Positions 1-7,702 of a stretch of DNA of 49,146 bases are shown piece by piece (the first letter of the stretch is position 1; every line of letters starts with the position of its first letter). The notes under the pieces were generated by a model, which was not told the origin of the DNA, made no database searches, and worked only from the letters and a program-made list of their open reading frames with translations. The stretch is from the IMG/VR virus record IMGVR_UViG_3300028886_000011, positions 1 to 49,146 of that record, one strand, 5' to 3'. The stretch comes from a virus. A program made the position numbers and the translations under genes.

Positions 1-127
1 TAATGCTTTTATCTTTGCTTCAAGCAGCTTGATTTCTGTTTTTGTCTTTTTGTCTGTCAAAGTATCCTTGTTCTGTCCTGTCAGTTCGATAATCAGCCTT
101 ATTGCAGATATGCAATTTTTGTCTTTC
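1..127. repeat. Terminal direct repeat: bases 1-127 are identical to 49020-49146 (circular closure overlap)
   Basis: Direct comparison of both window ends (taatgcttttatctttgcttcaagcagc...gcaatttttgtctttc). An ORF reads in frame across the junction. Confidence 0.95.
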
Positions 128-363
128 TCGTTGGTTGCAATTTTAAACAATTTAAGTGCCATTACCTCAGCACCCGACAATTCTTTACCGCTGTTATCAC
201 TGTATGTATTATCAAGCATACTTTGCACGGCTTTCCGCATATCCGCTTTTTTGCGTCTTGCTTTGCCTGACGTTATGCCACCCTGTCGTGCGATTTCGAC
301 CTGTTCTCGACCTGTTTTAAACTGTGTATCGGGATTTCCCTTTTTGAGATTTTCTTCATTCAC
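1..363 (-). CDS. Putative small terminase-like protein, N-terminal part (ORF wraps the junction and ends at 48936)
   Basis: GTG at 363 follows AAGGTGGTGA. The frame is open to base 1 and continues in frame from 49019 to TAA 48938-48936, giving 148 aa (VNEENLKKGNPDTQFKTGREQVEIARQGGITSGKARRKK..., then coiled coil). Function assigned by position upstream of terL only. Confidence 0.45.
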   Translation of the reverse strand, partial: MNEENLKKGNPDTQFKTGREQVEIARQGGITSGKARRKKADMRKAVQSMLDNTYSDNSGKELSGAEVMALKLFKIATNEKDKNCISAIRLIIELTGQNKDTLTDKKTKTEIKLLEAKIKAL

Positions 364-431
364 CTTTTCACCACCTTTACAACGTAAGCAGTCTTGTTAC
401 ATCTTTTTCCGTGTGTCCGTCCCAATGTTTA

Positions 432-701
432 CTAACTGCTCCTCTGACTTGCTCTTATTGTAGTACAACAACAGCCATAATTGCGAAGTTCTGGTAAATC
501 TTCACCATATATATAATTGTGATTGTATTCTGATTTTAATGTATCAATCATTAATTGTCTGTAACGAGGATATTTATTATTGTTTAGTCTTTCGATAAGA
601 GTTCTTTTTGAAGCACGAATAAAATTATCCTCTCTCATGCTTACTAAGCAACCACTTCCAAATTCACAGACAGCACATTGTTTATCTCCAGCACCACACA
701 T
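432..701 (-). CDS. Cys-rich hypothetical protein (C-x6-C-x2-C near the N-terminus, GCCC near the C-terminus)
   Basis: 89-aa ORF. ATG at 701 is preceded by AGGAGAG. Possible metal-binding cysteines. No family recognised. Confidence 0.55.
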   Translation of the reverse strand: MCGAGDKQCAVCEFGSGCLVSMREDNFIRASKRTLIERLNNNKYPRYRQLMIDTLKSEYNHNYIYGEDLPELRNYGCCCTTIRASQRSS

Positions 702-709
702 TTACGAGT

Positions 710-811
710 TCACTCTCCTATTCTGCCTTGCTTTTCGGCTTTCGCTTTTGATTTATAAACTTTTCCTGTTTTGCCGTACTTGTAACCGCCTTTGACTTTG
801 TTGACGGGCAT
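710..811 (-). CDS. Small Lys-rich hypothetical protein (33 aa)
   Basis: ATG 811 lies 5 nt after AAGGTGGTGA and directly after the stop of the upstream gene. Sequence: MPVNKVKGGYKYGKTGKVYKSKAKAEKQGRIGE. Confidence 0.45.
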   Translation of the reverse strand: MPVNKVKGGYKYGKTGKVYKSKAKAEKQGRIGE

Positions 812-823
812 ATTTTCACCACC

Positions 824-1363
824 TTATTTGTACTTTTCAATGATTTTTGCAGCAGAGTTGTTCTCGCTAATAAATTGAAGAACTCCACCTTTGCGATTTT
901 TTAGCCCAAAGTTTATAGCGTCTGAAAACGTCTTAATACTTGGATTTACTTTTTTTGCACTAGAAATAAACTGTTCCTGTGCCGCTGCTCTTTTCTCTGG
1001 AACTGTTGGTAATCTGCTCATAACCATATCGACTTCTTGGCTCAACTTTTTACTAATTAAGTTTTTAGCATAATTTACCTGCTTTTCTGTCCCCGACAAT
1101 TTAGGGTAAGCGATGTTTATTAGTACGTTTTCATTGTTAATACGTCGCTCAATCTCTGACATTGCGTTTTTATCTGTTACTGATTTAGCCATATTGTCTA
1201 ACATGCTGTCACCATATGCAGAAGAAAAGAAATAAAAGTCCTTTTGTTGGCTTTTGGACAGTCCTCTGCTCAGCTCCGAATTAAGCACACTTTTAAAACT
1301 TGCGTCACCGCTTGATGCTTGCGTTGCCCTGTTGGCTTTACTACTTGCACCTCGACCACCCAA
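824..1363 (-). CDS. Hypothetical protein, 'MGGRG' N-terminal family, paralog 1
   Basis: 179-aa ORF with TTG start after AAGGCGGTGA. The N-terminus MGGRGASSK matches the N-termini of the ORFs at 1888 and 48918. Confidence 0.6.
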   Translation of the reverse strand: MGGRGASSKANRATQASSGDASFKSVLNSELSRGLSKSQQKDFYFFSSAYGDSMLDNMAKSVTDKNAMSEIERRINNENVLINIAYPKLSGTEKQVNYAKNLISKKLSQEVDMVMSRLPTVPEKRAAAQEQFISSAKKVNPSIKTFSDAINFGLKNRKGGVLQFISENNSAAKIIEKYK

Positions 1364-1386
1364 CTTAATTCACCGCCTTATTTTTA

Positions 1387-1888
1387 TCATTTACGCTTTG
1401 ATTTTTTGAATTCGCTAAATTCTTTTGCTTTTTTCAAAGCGGTCTTTTTCATTTCTTCAAGCGAAATGGGGCGTTCTTGCCTTTTTAATAACCTGTTTGC
1501 AAGGGTCATTGCTTGCCCACCTTCCAAAATTTGTAAAGCTGCTCTTTTGGTACGGCTTATGGGTGCCTGCATATTAAAGTCCCATGATCCTGCGTTTATC
1601 GCTTCGTTGCCTTTTTTTGCCATCTCTTTTAGTTGCTCGGTGGAAAGTTTGCTCGCTTCATATACTTCTTCGCTAAAACTTTTTTTCATAACTCTATTCA
1701 AACCAATTCCCAAATCAAATATTTGCTTCTTCCCTTTTTCGTTGGTATATTCAAGTTTGCCGAACCCCCCCGTTCAACCTTTCGGGCAACACTAACTCTT
1801 TTATTGCTTCTGCAAATTGCGTATCACTCTCATTCTTCTTAATTTTTGCTTCTTTTGATTTTCCGCTCGAGCTTCCTCTACCGCCCAT
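1387..1888 (-). pseudogene. 'MGGRG' family paralog 2, frame broken at a G7 run (1765-1771)
   Basis: ATG 1888 (MGGRGSSSGKSKEAK...) stops after 45 codons. The 1387-1713 ORF frame is open up to 1773. Removing one G of the G7 run fuses both parts into a 166-aa protein. Confidence 0.6.
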
Positions 1889-1889
1889 A

Positions 1890-2927
1890 TTATTCACCAA
1901 ACTTTCTCGCTTGAAAATGTTTTACTTCCGCATTTCCAAAATCAAAATCTATCTCTGAGCCGTACAAAATAACTTGCTTCGGCTGTAACCTTGTCATAGC
2001 CTCTTTCATTCCGTCAACCCATATTTCTTTCGCCTTTTTATCTCGCATTACTCCGACAGTTGACACAGCCACCGTTCCGCCCTGTTCCAGACCATCAAAG
2101 CAAAATTGATATGTTTCTTTTTCAGCCCATGATAGTGTTGGAATAACTTTAATCCCTGCGTCTTGACACATCTGCCCGATAAGTCTTGACCTGTAAGCAT
2201 TCCATATCTTCATAGCCATAGGCATATCCATATAAAGCGACCAATCGGGAGTAAAAACACACTGAAACTTTTTCAAGCGTTCTATGATAAGTTGAGGGCT
2301 GTTCCATATTCTTTCAAATTGGTAATCGTCAATAAAGAAATGTACGCCTACATTTGTTTCCTTTGCGGTCTTGACATAGTTAAAACCAATCAAATTTTCG
2401 GGAATATAATTGCACTTCTTGAGAATAGGCATATTGTAAAAGCCTTGCGTTCTGCTTTCATCATATTCATTGAGATTTACGGAATTATATGTCTTTTCTC
2501 GTTCGTCACCGTAGTAGCCGTCATCATCTTCGTTTTCAAAATCGGGTACAGATATATCCAAATCAAAACCAAGGTCACCCATATCAATATCGGTTATGCC
2601 GTCAAGTTCCAAATCCAATAAATCCATGTCCCACGTTGCAAGCTCACTGACTTTGTTATCTGCAAGTCTGAACGCTTGAATTTGCTGTTCTGTCAAATCG
2701 TCTGCAATAATGCACGGTACTTCTTTCATACCGATTTTCTTTGCAGCTTTCAGGCGTGTATGACCTGCAACAATGGTTTTATCCTTGTCGATGACAATCG
2801 GCACCTTGAAACCAAATTCACGGATAGAGTTTGCTACATAATCAACTGCATCGTCGTTGTGACGAGGGTTATTTGCATACGGTATTAACTCGCTTGTTTT
2901 GATGTACTCAACTTTCAATTCCGACAT
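1890..2927 (-). CDS. ParB-like N-terminal (nuclease/CTPase-fold) domain fused to DUF4417
   Basis: ParB motifs: PYANNPRHNDDAVDYVANSIREFGFKVPIVID, VAGHTRLKAAKK. The C-terminal half (VHFFIDDYQFERIWNSP...FTPDWSLYMDMP...KVIPTLSW) matches the DUF4417 pattern. ATG 2927 follows GAGGTG. Confidence 0.7.
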   Translation of the reverse strand: MSELKVEYIKTSELIPYANNPRHNDDAVDYVANSIREFGFKVPIVIDKDKTIVAGHTRLKAAKKIGMKEVPCIIADDLTEQQIQAFRLADNKVSELATWDMDLLDLELDGITDIDMGDLGFDLDISVPDFENEDDDGYYGDEREKTYNSVNLNEYDESRTQGFYNMPILKKCNYIPENLIGFNYVKTAKETNVGVHFFIDDYQFERIWNSPQLIIERLKKFQCVFTPDWSLYMDMPMAMKIWNAYRSRLIGQMCQDAGIKVIPTLSWAEKETYQFCFDGLEQGGTVAVSTVGVMRDKKAKEIWVDGMKEAMTRLQPKQVILYGSEIDFDFGNAEVKHFQARKFGE

Positions 2928-2939
2928 ATCGCACCTCAA

Positions 2940-3200
2940 TCAATCACACTGCCCGAAAACGCCGTCATCGTCATCAACAGGCTTGTTGCAGTTTTGGCAA
3001 TGTGAATTACATTTCTGCTTGCAATCCCCTGTTTGCTCAATATTTGCAAGCTCCGTCAACAAACTGTCATCGTATTCGGTATCGCATACCGCTTTGAACG
3101 CTTTTGCCAAATCTTTTATTTCTCGGGCGGTAGGCTCGTAGTCGTTCAGCCTTTCCCCGATTATATCAAAAAAGTTCTGCTTGATTTCTGCTTTTGTCAT
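2940..3200 (-). CDS. Hypothetical protein with a Cys-rich acidic C-terminus
   Basis: ATG 3200 follows GGAGGG. First gene after the stem-loop at 3244-3277, so possibly the first gene of the late transcript. Confidence 0.55.
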   Translation of the reverse strand: MTKAEIKQNFFDIIGERLNDYEPTAREIKDLAKAFKAVCDTEYDDSLLTELANIEQTGDCKQKCNSHCQNCNKPVDDDDGVFGQCD

Positions 3201-3243
3201 AATAAAGTCCCTCCGATTTGTAACATTTACCTCCTGCATATAG

Positions 3244-3277
3244 CACAAAATCCGTCATCTAACCATTGACGGATTTC
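3244..3277 (-). terminator. Stem-loop with U-rich 3' side downstream of the tRNA
   Basis: 10-bp perfect stem AAATCCGTCA / TGACGGATTT (3248-3257 / 3267-3276) with a 9-nt loop. On the minus strand it reads TGACGGATTTTGTGC. Confidence 0.45.
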
Positions 3278-3330
3278 GTACCAAAAAAATAAGAAAGGAG
3301 GCATTACTGTAAAATGACTGCCGTTGTAAT

Positions 3331-3405
3331 TGGTTGCAGAGGTCGGACTTGAACCGACAATTTTTAGGTTATGAGCCTAACGAGATGCCTTTACTCTACC
3401 CTGCT
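3331..3405 (-). tRNA. tRNA with CAT anticodon (Met, or Ile2 if lysidinylated), CCA encoded
   Basis: Hand-folded cloverleaf. Acceptor AGCAGGG/CTCTGCA, anticodon stem TTAGG/CCTAA with loop CTCATAA, T arm GTCGG-TTCAAGT-CCGAC, 5-nt variable loop, 3' ACCA. Total 75 nt. Confidence 0.85.
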
Positions 3406-3411
3406 ATGTCT

Positions 3412-3438
3412 GTTCCGATTACGAGCGGTAATCGGAAC
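3412..3438 (-). other. 11-bp perfect hairpin immediately 5' of the tRNA
   Basis: GTTCCGATTAC-gagcg-GTAATCGGAAC. No U tail. Possibly a processing or attenuation element. Confidence 0.4.
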
Positions 3439-3502
3439 ACGCAACAAATTTTTTAAGGAGTATGATTACAAGGAAAAAGGTGATTTTCCAAAACCACCTT
3501 TA

Positions 3503-3778
3503 TTATAACACATTTCTTTTCTTTTTAACAGTCTTTGCACACACAAATTTTTTTAAAATTTTTTGTGTATTTTGTACATTATTTTCAAGTTCAAAAACTT
3601 TAAGTGCAAGTTTTCCTTGTTTTTTCAAGTATGACATCGATATATTCATTTTTTCGGCTGTTTGCTCTTGCGTCATGCCTTTGATGTACCTGTATATGAG
3701 CAAGTCCATCAATTCGGGGTTGTAAACACGCTGTATTTTCCCCCCCCCGACTTCCAATAAATATTCCTTTGAACTCAC
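3503..3778 (-). CDS. Sigma-70 region-4-like HTH regulator (candidate late-gene activator)
   Basis: LIYRYIKGMTQEQTAEKMNISMSYLKKQ resembles a sigma r4 / LuxR-type HTH. It sits just upstream of the tRNA and packaging genes, as RinA/ArpU-type activators do. Contains a G9 run (3740-3748) encoding GGG. Confidence 0.55.
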   Translation of the reverse strand: MSSKEYLLEVGGGKIQRVYNPELMDLLIYRYIKGMTQEQTAEKMNISMSYLKKQGKLALKVFELENNVQNTQKILKKFVCAKTVKKKRNVL

Positions 3779-3895
3779 CTTTGACCAAACTCCTTTTTAA
3801 ATGTGTCTCAGACACGCTGTAATGCCCCGTATTTGCATTTTCCGAGTGAGGGAATATAATTTCATACCCTCACTCAAAAACGCTCTAAAAACGGC

Positions 3896-4312
3896 TTATT
3901 TCAGCAGTTCGGGATTGTCGTGGACGTTGCCTATAACTTCAACGTCACCATTCCAAACTCCAACAACTTCAAAATCGTTCAACTGTTTGCATTCTTCAAA
4001 CGTTTCACCGAAAGACAACAAGAACTGCCCTCTGTCATATAAAACAACCGCCTTTTGATTGAGTGAGCCATTGCCGAAATATTCGCTTTTACCTTTGACA
4101 ATATCTCCCTCAAAAATCTTTGTGCCGTTCTTGTCGTTCAAGCCTGTAAACTGTCCAATGGTTTTAGTATTAACAATTTCCGTTGAATACCCGTCTATAT
4201 CACAGATATAATAAATAAAAGCATTTTTATCAAAAGTATCTTTATCCACGAGCAACGAGCCATATATCCATGTTGAATTTTCGTTTCGACCTCTGAAAAG
4301 TATCTCTCTCAT
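3896..4312 (-). CDS. YopX family protein
   Basis: MREILFRGRN...WIYGSLL... and the C-terminal VIGNVHDNPELL are typical of YopX. Confidence 0.7.
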   Translation of the reverse strand: MREILFRGRNENSTWIYGSLLVDKDTFDKNAFIYYICDIDGYSTEIVNTKTIGQFTGLNDKNGTKIFEGDIVKGKSEYFGNGSLNQKAVVLYDRGQFLLSFGETFEECKQLNDFEVVGVWNGDVEVIGNVHDNPELLK

Positions 4313-4315
4313 TTG

Positions 4316-4813
4316 TCATTCTCCTTTTACGACATAGCCAAACGGAACAACACCATTTACAATGGATTTCCAATGTTCACGTACATCGGGGTGTGCTATG
4401 CTGTTTTCGTTCTCTGACAACAGTTCTTTTGCTCTTTCCTGCAACGCTTCCCATGTTTCAAGAGATATTGTGTTTTTAGTAAATTCGTCTTTATACTGTG
4501 GGAAAAGCATTTTGTCATAATCAATAATTGCCAGACCGCACTTGTTTGAACTATAACTCCACTGCTTTACAAAATTCCACATCACAAATCCCGCCTGAAA
4601 TCCTGTGATACCGCCATTTTCGGTACTGTCTGCCGCCCATGCTGCCGCAATCGCGCAAGCTGAAACAGCGTGACAAATCGTGCCGTAATCGTGTATGTAA
4701 TCATTCATAACGTGGTTCACGAAATCGGGAAGTGTTTCAAGCGTTTGTTTTTTTGCCTGTTCAAACCATTCTTTTTCAGCGTGCATTTCCTCTGTAATTG
4801 CAATTTTACTCAT
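4316..4813 (-). CDS. Hypothetical protein
   Basis: ATG 4813 follows AAGGAGAA, with an ATGA overlap with the upstream stop. Confidence 0.6.
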   Translation of the reverse strand: MSKIAITEEMHAEKEWFEQAKKQTLETLPDFVNHVMNDYIHDYGTICHAVSACAIAAAWAADSTENGGITGFQAGFVMWNFVKQWSYSSNKCGLAIIDYDKMLFPQYKDEFTKNTISLETWEALQERAKELLSENENSIAHPDVREHWKSIVNGVVPFGYVVKGE

Positions 4814-5034
4814 TTTTCGTTCTCCTTTACTCCAAAACATTCAAGTGCTTTTTTCTCTGCTGTCGAAATTTCATCAAGTGTGCGTGAAAATATCTTTACA
4901 TTCCCTGCACAGCCTTTACAGTAAAGCACTGTTGTAAAGCCTTTTTCACCTATGATGTTTCTGTCCTCGTGCGTGTACATCTCCAAATCTCCGCCACAGT
5001 AACGGCATTTTGCTTTATATATCTTCTTTTCCAT
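4810..5034 (-). CDS. Small Zn-ribbon protein (Lar-like architecture)
   Basis: CRYCGG...CKGC pairs. Start taken at the internal ATG (MEKKIYKAKC). Confidence 0.5.
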   Translation of the reverse strand: MEKKIYKAKCRYCGGDLEMYTHEDRNIIGEKGFTTVLYCKGCAGNVKIFSRTLDEISTAEKKALECFGVKENEK

Positions 5035-5227
5035 TGTCGGCTCTCCTGTTCCATCTCTCAACAATCTGCTTTTTATCATACGCAGTAATAATAACACCTA
5101 AACGGAGTGGACAATCACCAAGAACTGTTTTATGTGTCAAGAAAAGATAATGGTCTTTATCATTCCAATCCTCTTTCAATTTTTCACCGCAGAACGGGCA
5201 AGGTTTAAGCTGTTCCATCATTTTCAC
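5015..5227 (-). CDS. Lar-family restriction-alleviation-like Zn-ribbon protein
   Basis: PCPFCGEKL ... GDCP ... IVERWNRR matches the Lar family pattern (CPFCG ... WNRR). Confidence 0.6.
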   Translation of the reverse strand: MKMMEQLKPCPFCGEKLKEDWNDKDHYLFLTHKTVLGDCPLRLGVIITAYDKKQIVERWNRRADNGKEDI

Positions 5228-5483
5228 TCTCCTTATACTCGGGACACTCTTTGCGTTTCATCTCAACGTCAAGCTGTACTTCCGAGTATGCCTTAAAGAA
5301 ATCCTCCGGAAAAAACTTCATTTCAGCCTTACAGTTCGGGCAGGATTTACTCGGCTCTTTGACCTGAGAATAACATTTACTGCACTCATATCTGTACTGT
5401 GGCGGATAACTTGCTAAACAAATTGTTCTCCAAATTCCGACAGTTTTTCCAGTGCCGTAGGGCGTTTCTATCAGCTCACTCAT
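5205..5483 (-). CDS. Small Zn-ribbon protein
   Basis: ATG 5483 follows GGAGG. Contains CSKC ... CPNC. Confidence 0.55.
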   Translation of the reverse strand: MSELIETPYGTGKTVGIWRTICLASYPPQYRYECSKCYSQVKEPSKSCPNCKAEMKFFPEDFFKAYSEVQLDVEMKRKECPEYKESENDGTA

Positions 5484-5485
5484 TT

Positions 5486-5782
5486 TTATACCTCCATTTT
5501 TGCACCGCAGTTCGGACAATATTTTGCCTCTTCTTTTGGAAAATACCATTTATAAGAACATTCAGTGCAAATCCATCTATTTTTGTATTTGCCTTGGTCA
5601 TGCAACCATTTTCCCGTCTTTTCTTTCGGCTGAACGCTCGGCAAATTATCTAATACCTCTCTAATCTCTAAACCGTTCAATTCCCATATTTCGCCCCATT
5701 TATACCTGCGTGAATGTTGCCCTTTTTCAATAAGTGCCATTTCCGCCGCCTGTCTGCTAATCAAATCGTCACTCATTTTCAT
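5486..5782 (-). CDS. Small Zn-ribbon protein
   Basis: MKMSDDLISRQAA... with CTEC ... CPNCG at the C-terminus. Confidence 0.55.
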   Translation of the reverse strand: MKMSDDLISRQAAEMALIEKGQHSRRYKWGEIWELNGLEIREVLDNLPSVQPKEKTGKWLHDQGKYKNRWICTECSYKWYFPKEEAKYCPNCGAKMEV

Positions 5783-6083
5783 CACTCCAATCCAAAGCCT
5801 GACCGCAATCAGGGCAATATGTAAAACAATCATTTTCTTCATCAACTGCTAAACGACTGCACTCACAAAAAGGTGCTTTTATACCTTTTGCGAATTTATG
5901 AGCATAGTATTCAGTTTCACGATACAAAGGCTTTTTCGGCACCTGCTTTTCAAGTGCGGATATACCGACTTTCAATGCCTCTATATCTTGCAAGAATACC
6001 TCGTCAAAGTCGTCACGGTGACAGAAACTTTCTCTGTCTTTTATCAAATCTTCAAGCTGATATATCGCTTTTTCTATCGTCAT
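5769..6083 (-). CDS. Small Zn-ribbon protein
   Basis: CEC ... CPDCG at the C-terminus. 104-aa ORF. Confidence 0.55.
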   Translation of the reverse strand: MTIEKAIYQLEDLIKDRESFCHRDDFDEVFLQDIEALKVGISALEKQVPKKPLYRETEYYAHKFAKGIKAPFCECSRLAVDEENDCFTYCPDCGQALDWSDENE

Positions 6084-6664
6084 TTTCTTATCTCTCGCTT
6101 TCTCGTTGGCTTTAAAAATTCCGCTGCCGTTGCACCTGCAACGTATCGTTTATAAAGCGTATTATATGCAATACCCGTTATTTCTGACCATTCTTTCAGC
6201 GTATGCAACACTCCATTGATTTCGATTTCAACGTATTTTTGCAAAGGTGCAATAAGTTCTGTACCTCTTTTGCCACGGCAGTATCGGCTTGTGATGAGTT
6301 TTGCATCAAGACACGCAATGCACGCCCATTCTTCATAAGTATGCGTTTTGCCGTTTATCGTGATATACGTTGTCTTTTTGGGTGCGATGAGGTCAATTCC
6401 TCGTTTTCCGTCATAGTATCTCTGCTTGATAGTACTTTTCGGAAGCCCCGTAATTTCCGCCCATTCCGCAAAAGTGTGAGTTTCACCGTTGACCGTTATC
6501 AATACAGGTTGCAGTATCTTTGGCGGCGCTATCAATGCAGTTCCTCTCATGCGAAACTTGTAGTACCTTTTTTTTATTGTCAATTCGCTTATGCCCGTTA
6601 TCTCCGCCCACTCTTTGAGCGTATGCGATTCGTCCCCGATTTTAACCTGCATTGACTGTCTCAT
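6080..6664 (-). CDS. DNA-binding protein with four tandem HTH repeats
   Basis: Four units of about 45 aa: HT(L/F/Y)xEW(A/S)EITG(I/L)...(T/L)I(K)xRYxxGxRGx(D/E)LIAP. Confidence 0.6.
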   Translation of the reverse strand: MRQSMQVKIGDESHTLKEWAEITGISELTIKKRYYKFRMRGTALIAPPKILQPVLITVNGETHTFAEWAEITGLPKSTIKQRYYDGKRGIDLIAPKKTTYITINGKTHTYEEWACIACLDAKLITSRYCRGKRGTELIAPLQKYVEIEINGVLHTLKEWSEITGIAYNTLYKRYVAGATAAEFLKPTRKREIRK

Positions 6665-6737
6665 TCGTCATCGTCCTTTCCCACCGAAAATATCGTCATT
6701 GCGAAAAATGTTATCACTCCGCCGATTATCAGACCGC

Positions 6738-7328
6738 CTATGAAGTCCATAATGTTCCCCTCTTTCTGTCTGCCAAGTTCGCTTTATGCCTTTGGTAGCT
6801 GTTCCAAAGTTTTTCAAAAGTCTGCAAATCATATTTTGTTACAAAAGGCAGTTTGCAGTTGGAAATACACTCATAAATATAATCTTTCATTTTTTCAAAA
6901 TCCTCACAAATCGGGAAATCTTTGCTTTTCACTATGTACTGTCCCATTTTGTGCATATTGAAAGTTCTGTCATACTCTCCATAATAATGACGGTACTGTT
7001 CCAGCCACTCACCGAAAGTTTCGGCATTCACTCCTCTTTTAAACCTTACACGGTATTCCCAATTCAAACGATTGGCATTAACGGGCTTATATTTTCCAAA
7101 TATCAACATGGCATCTTTGAACTGATTATTTGTCAAATATATGCCCGTATCATCTTCAAACCTGTGCTTCAAATTGTAGCTTGTTTGACTGCATATACTT
7201 TTTGACGAAACAAAATTGTTATAAATCCATTTTTTAACGATTGCCTGCTGTTCATCGGTGCATTCGGTTATAAGCCTGCTGTCATTATGCTTGCATTCAT
7301 TTGTAAAAGGTCTTTCGTTAATTATCAT
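6738..7328 (-). CDS. Hypothetical protein
   Basis: 196-aa ORF in the operon. No motif recognised. Confidence 0.6.
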   Translation of the reverse strand: MIINERPFTNECKHNDSRLITECTDEQQAIVKKWIYNNFVSSKSICSQTSYNLKHRFEDDTGIYLTNNQFKDAMLIFGKYKPVNANRLNWEYRVRFKRGVNAETFGEWLEQYRHYYGEYDRTFNMHKMGQYIVKSKDFPICEDFEKMKDYIYECISNCKLPFVTKYDLQTFEKLWNSYQRHKANLADRKRGTLWTS

Positions 7329-7339
7329 TTTTTCATCTC

Positions 7340-7702
7340 CTATACATAGTCGCTTATCAATAAGTCATACGCATCATAACCACGTCTGCCGTCCTCGCAG
7401 GCTCCGTGAATGCATCTTCTGACTTCTTCCTCTGTGTAAAGTCTTTCATCACTGTCATTTTCTATATCCTCAATTTCAATTTCCTCTGCATAGTCCGATT
7501 TGGCATCTCTGATACAGAACACATAATTCGGTCTGCTGTTTTCGCCGTTGTTGTAAAACTTGTTTTTTCTGACGAAAAACCTTACAGTGCCTTTAAAGTT
7601 TTTGAGTTTTGAAAGGTCTATCACCGCAGACTGAAAATATTGTCCGTTTTTCTGATACCAAAGACCTTCCCAATTTGTCTGTTTTTTGTCAAAAGTATTC
7701 AT
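7340..7702 (-). CDS. Hypothetical protein
   Basis: 120-aa ORF, abuts the upstream stop. Confidence 0.6.
   Translation of the reverse strand: MNTFDKKQTNWEGLWYQKNGQYFQSAVIDLSKLKNFKGTVRFFVRKNKFYNNGENSRPNYVFCIRDAKSDYAEEIEIEDIENDSDERLYTEEEVRRCIHGACEDGRRGYDAYDLLISDYV

Noticed and set aside
29-463. 144-aa plus-strand ORF at the left end
   Set aside because: It lies antisense to the junction-spanning minus-strand ORF, which has an RBS and continues in frame across the circular join. It has no RBS and a hydrophobic, low-complexity translation typical of antisense frames.
3740-3748. Poly-G tracts as a general phase-variation mechanism (also 32648-32653, 42577-42583, 43511-43516 and 46735-42)
   Set aside because: All are in frame and simply encode Gly-Gly(-Gly) with GGG codons, which appears to be a codon-usage habit of this genome. 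Only the G7 run at 1765-1771 actually breaks a frame.
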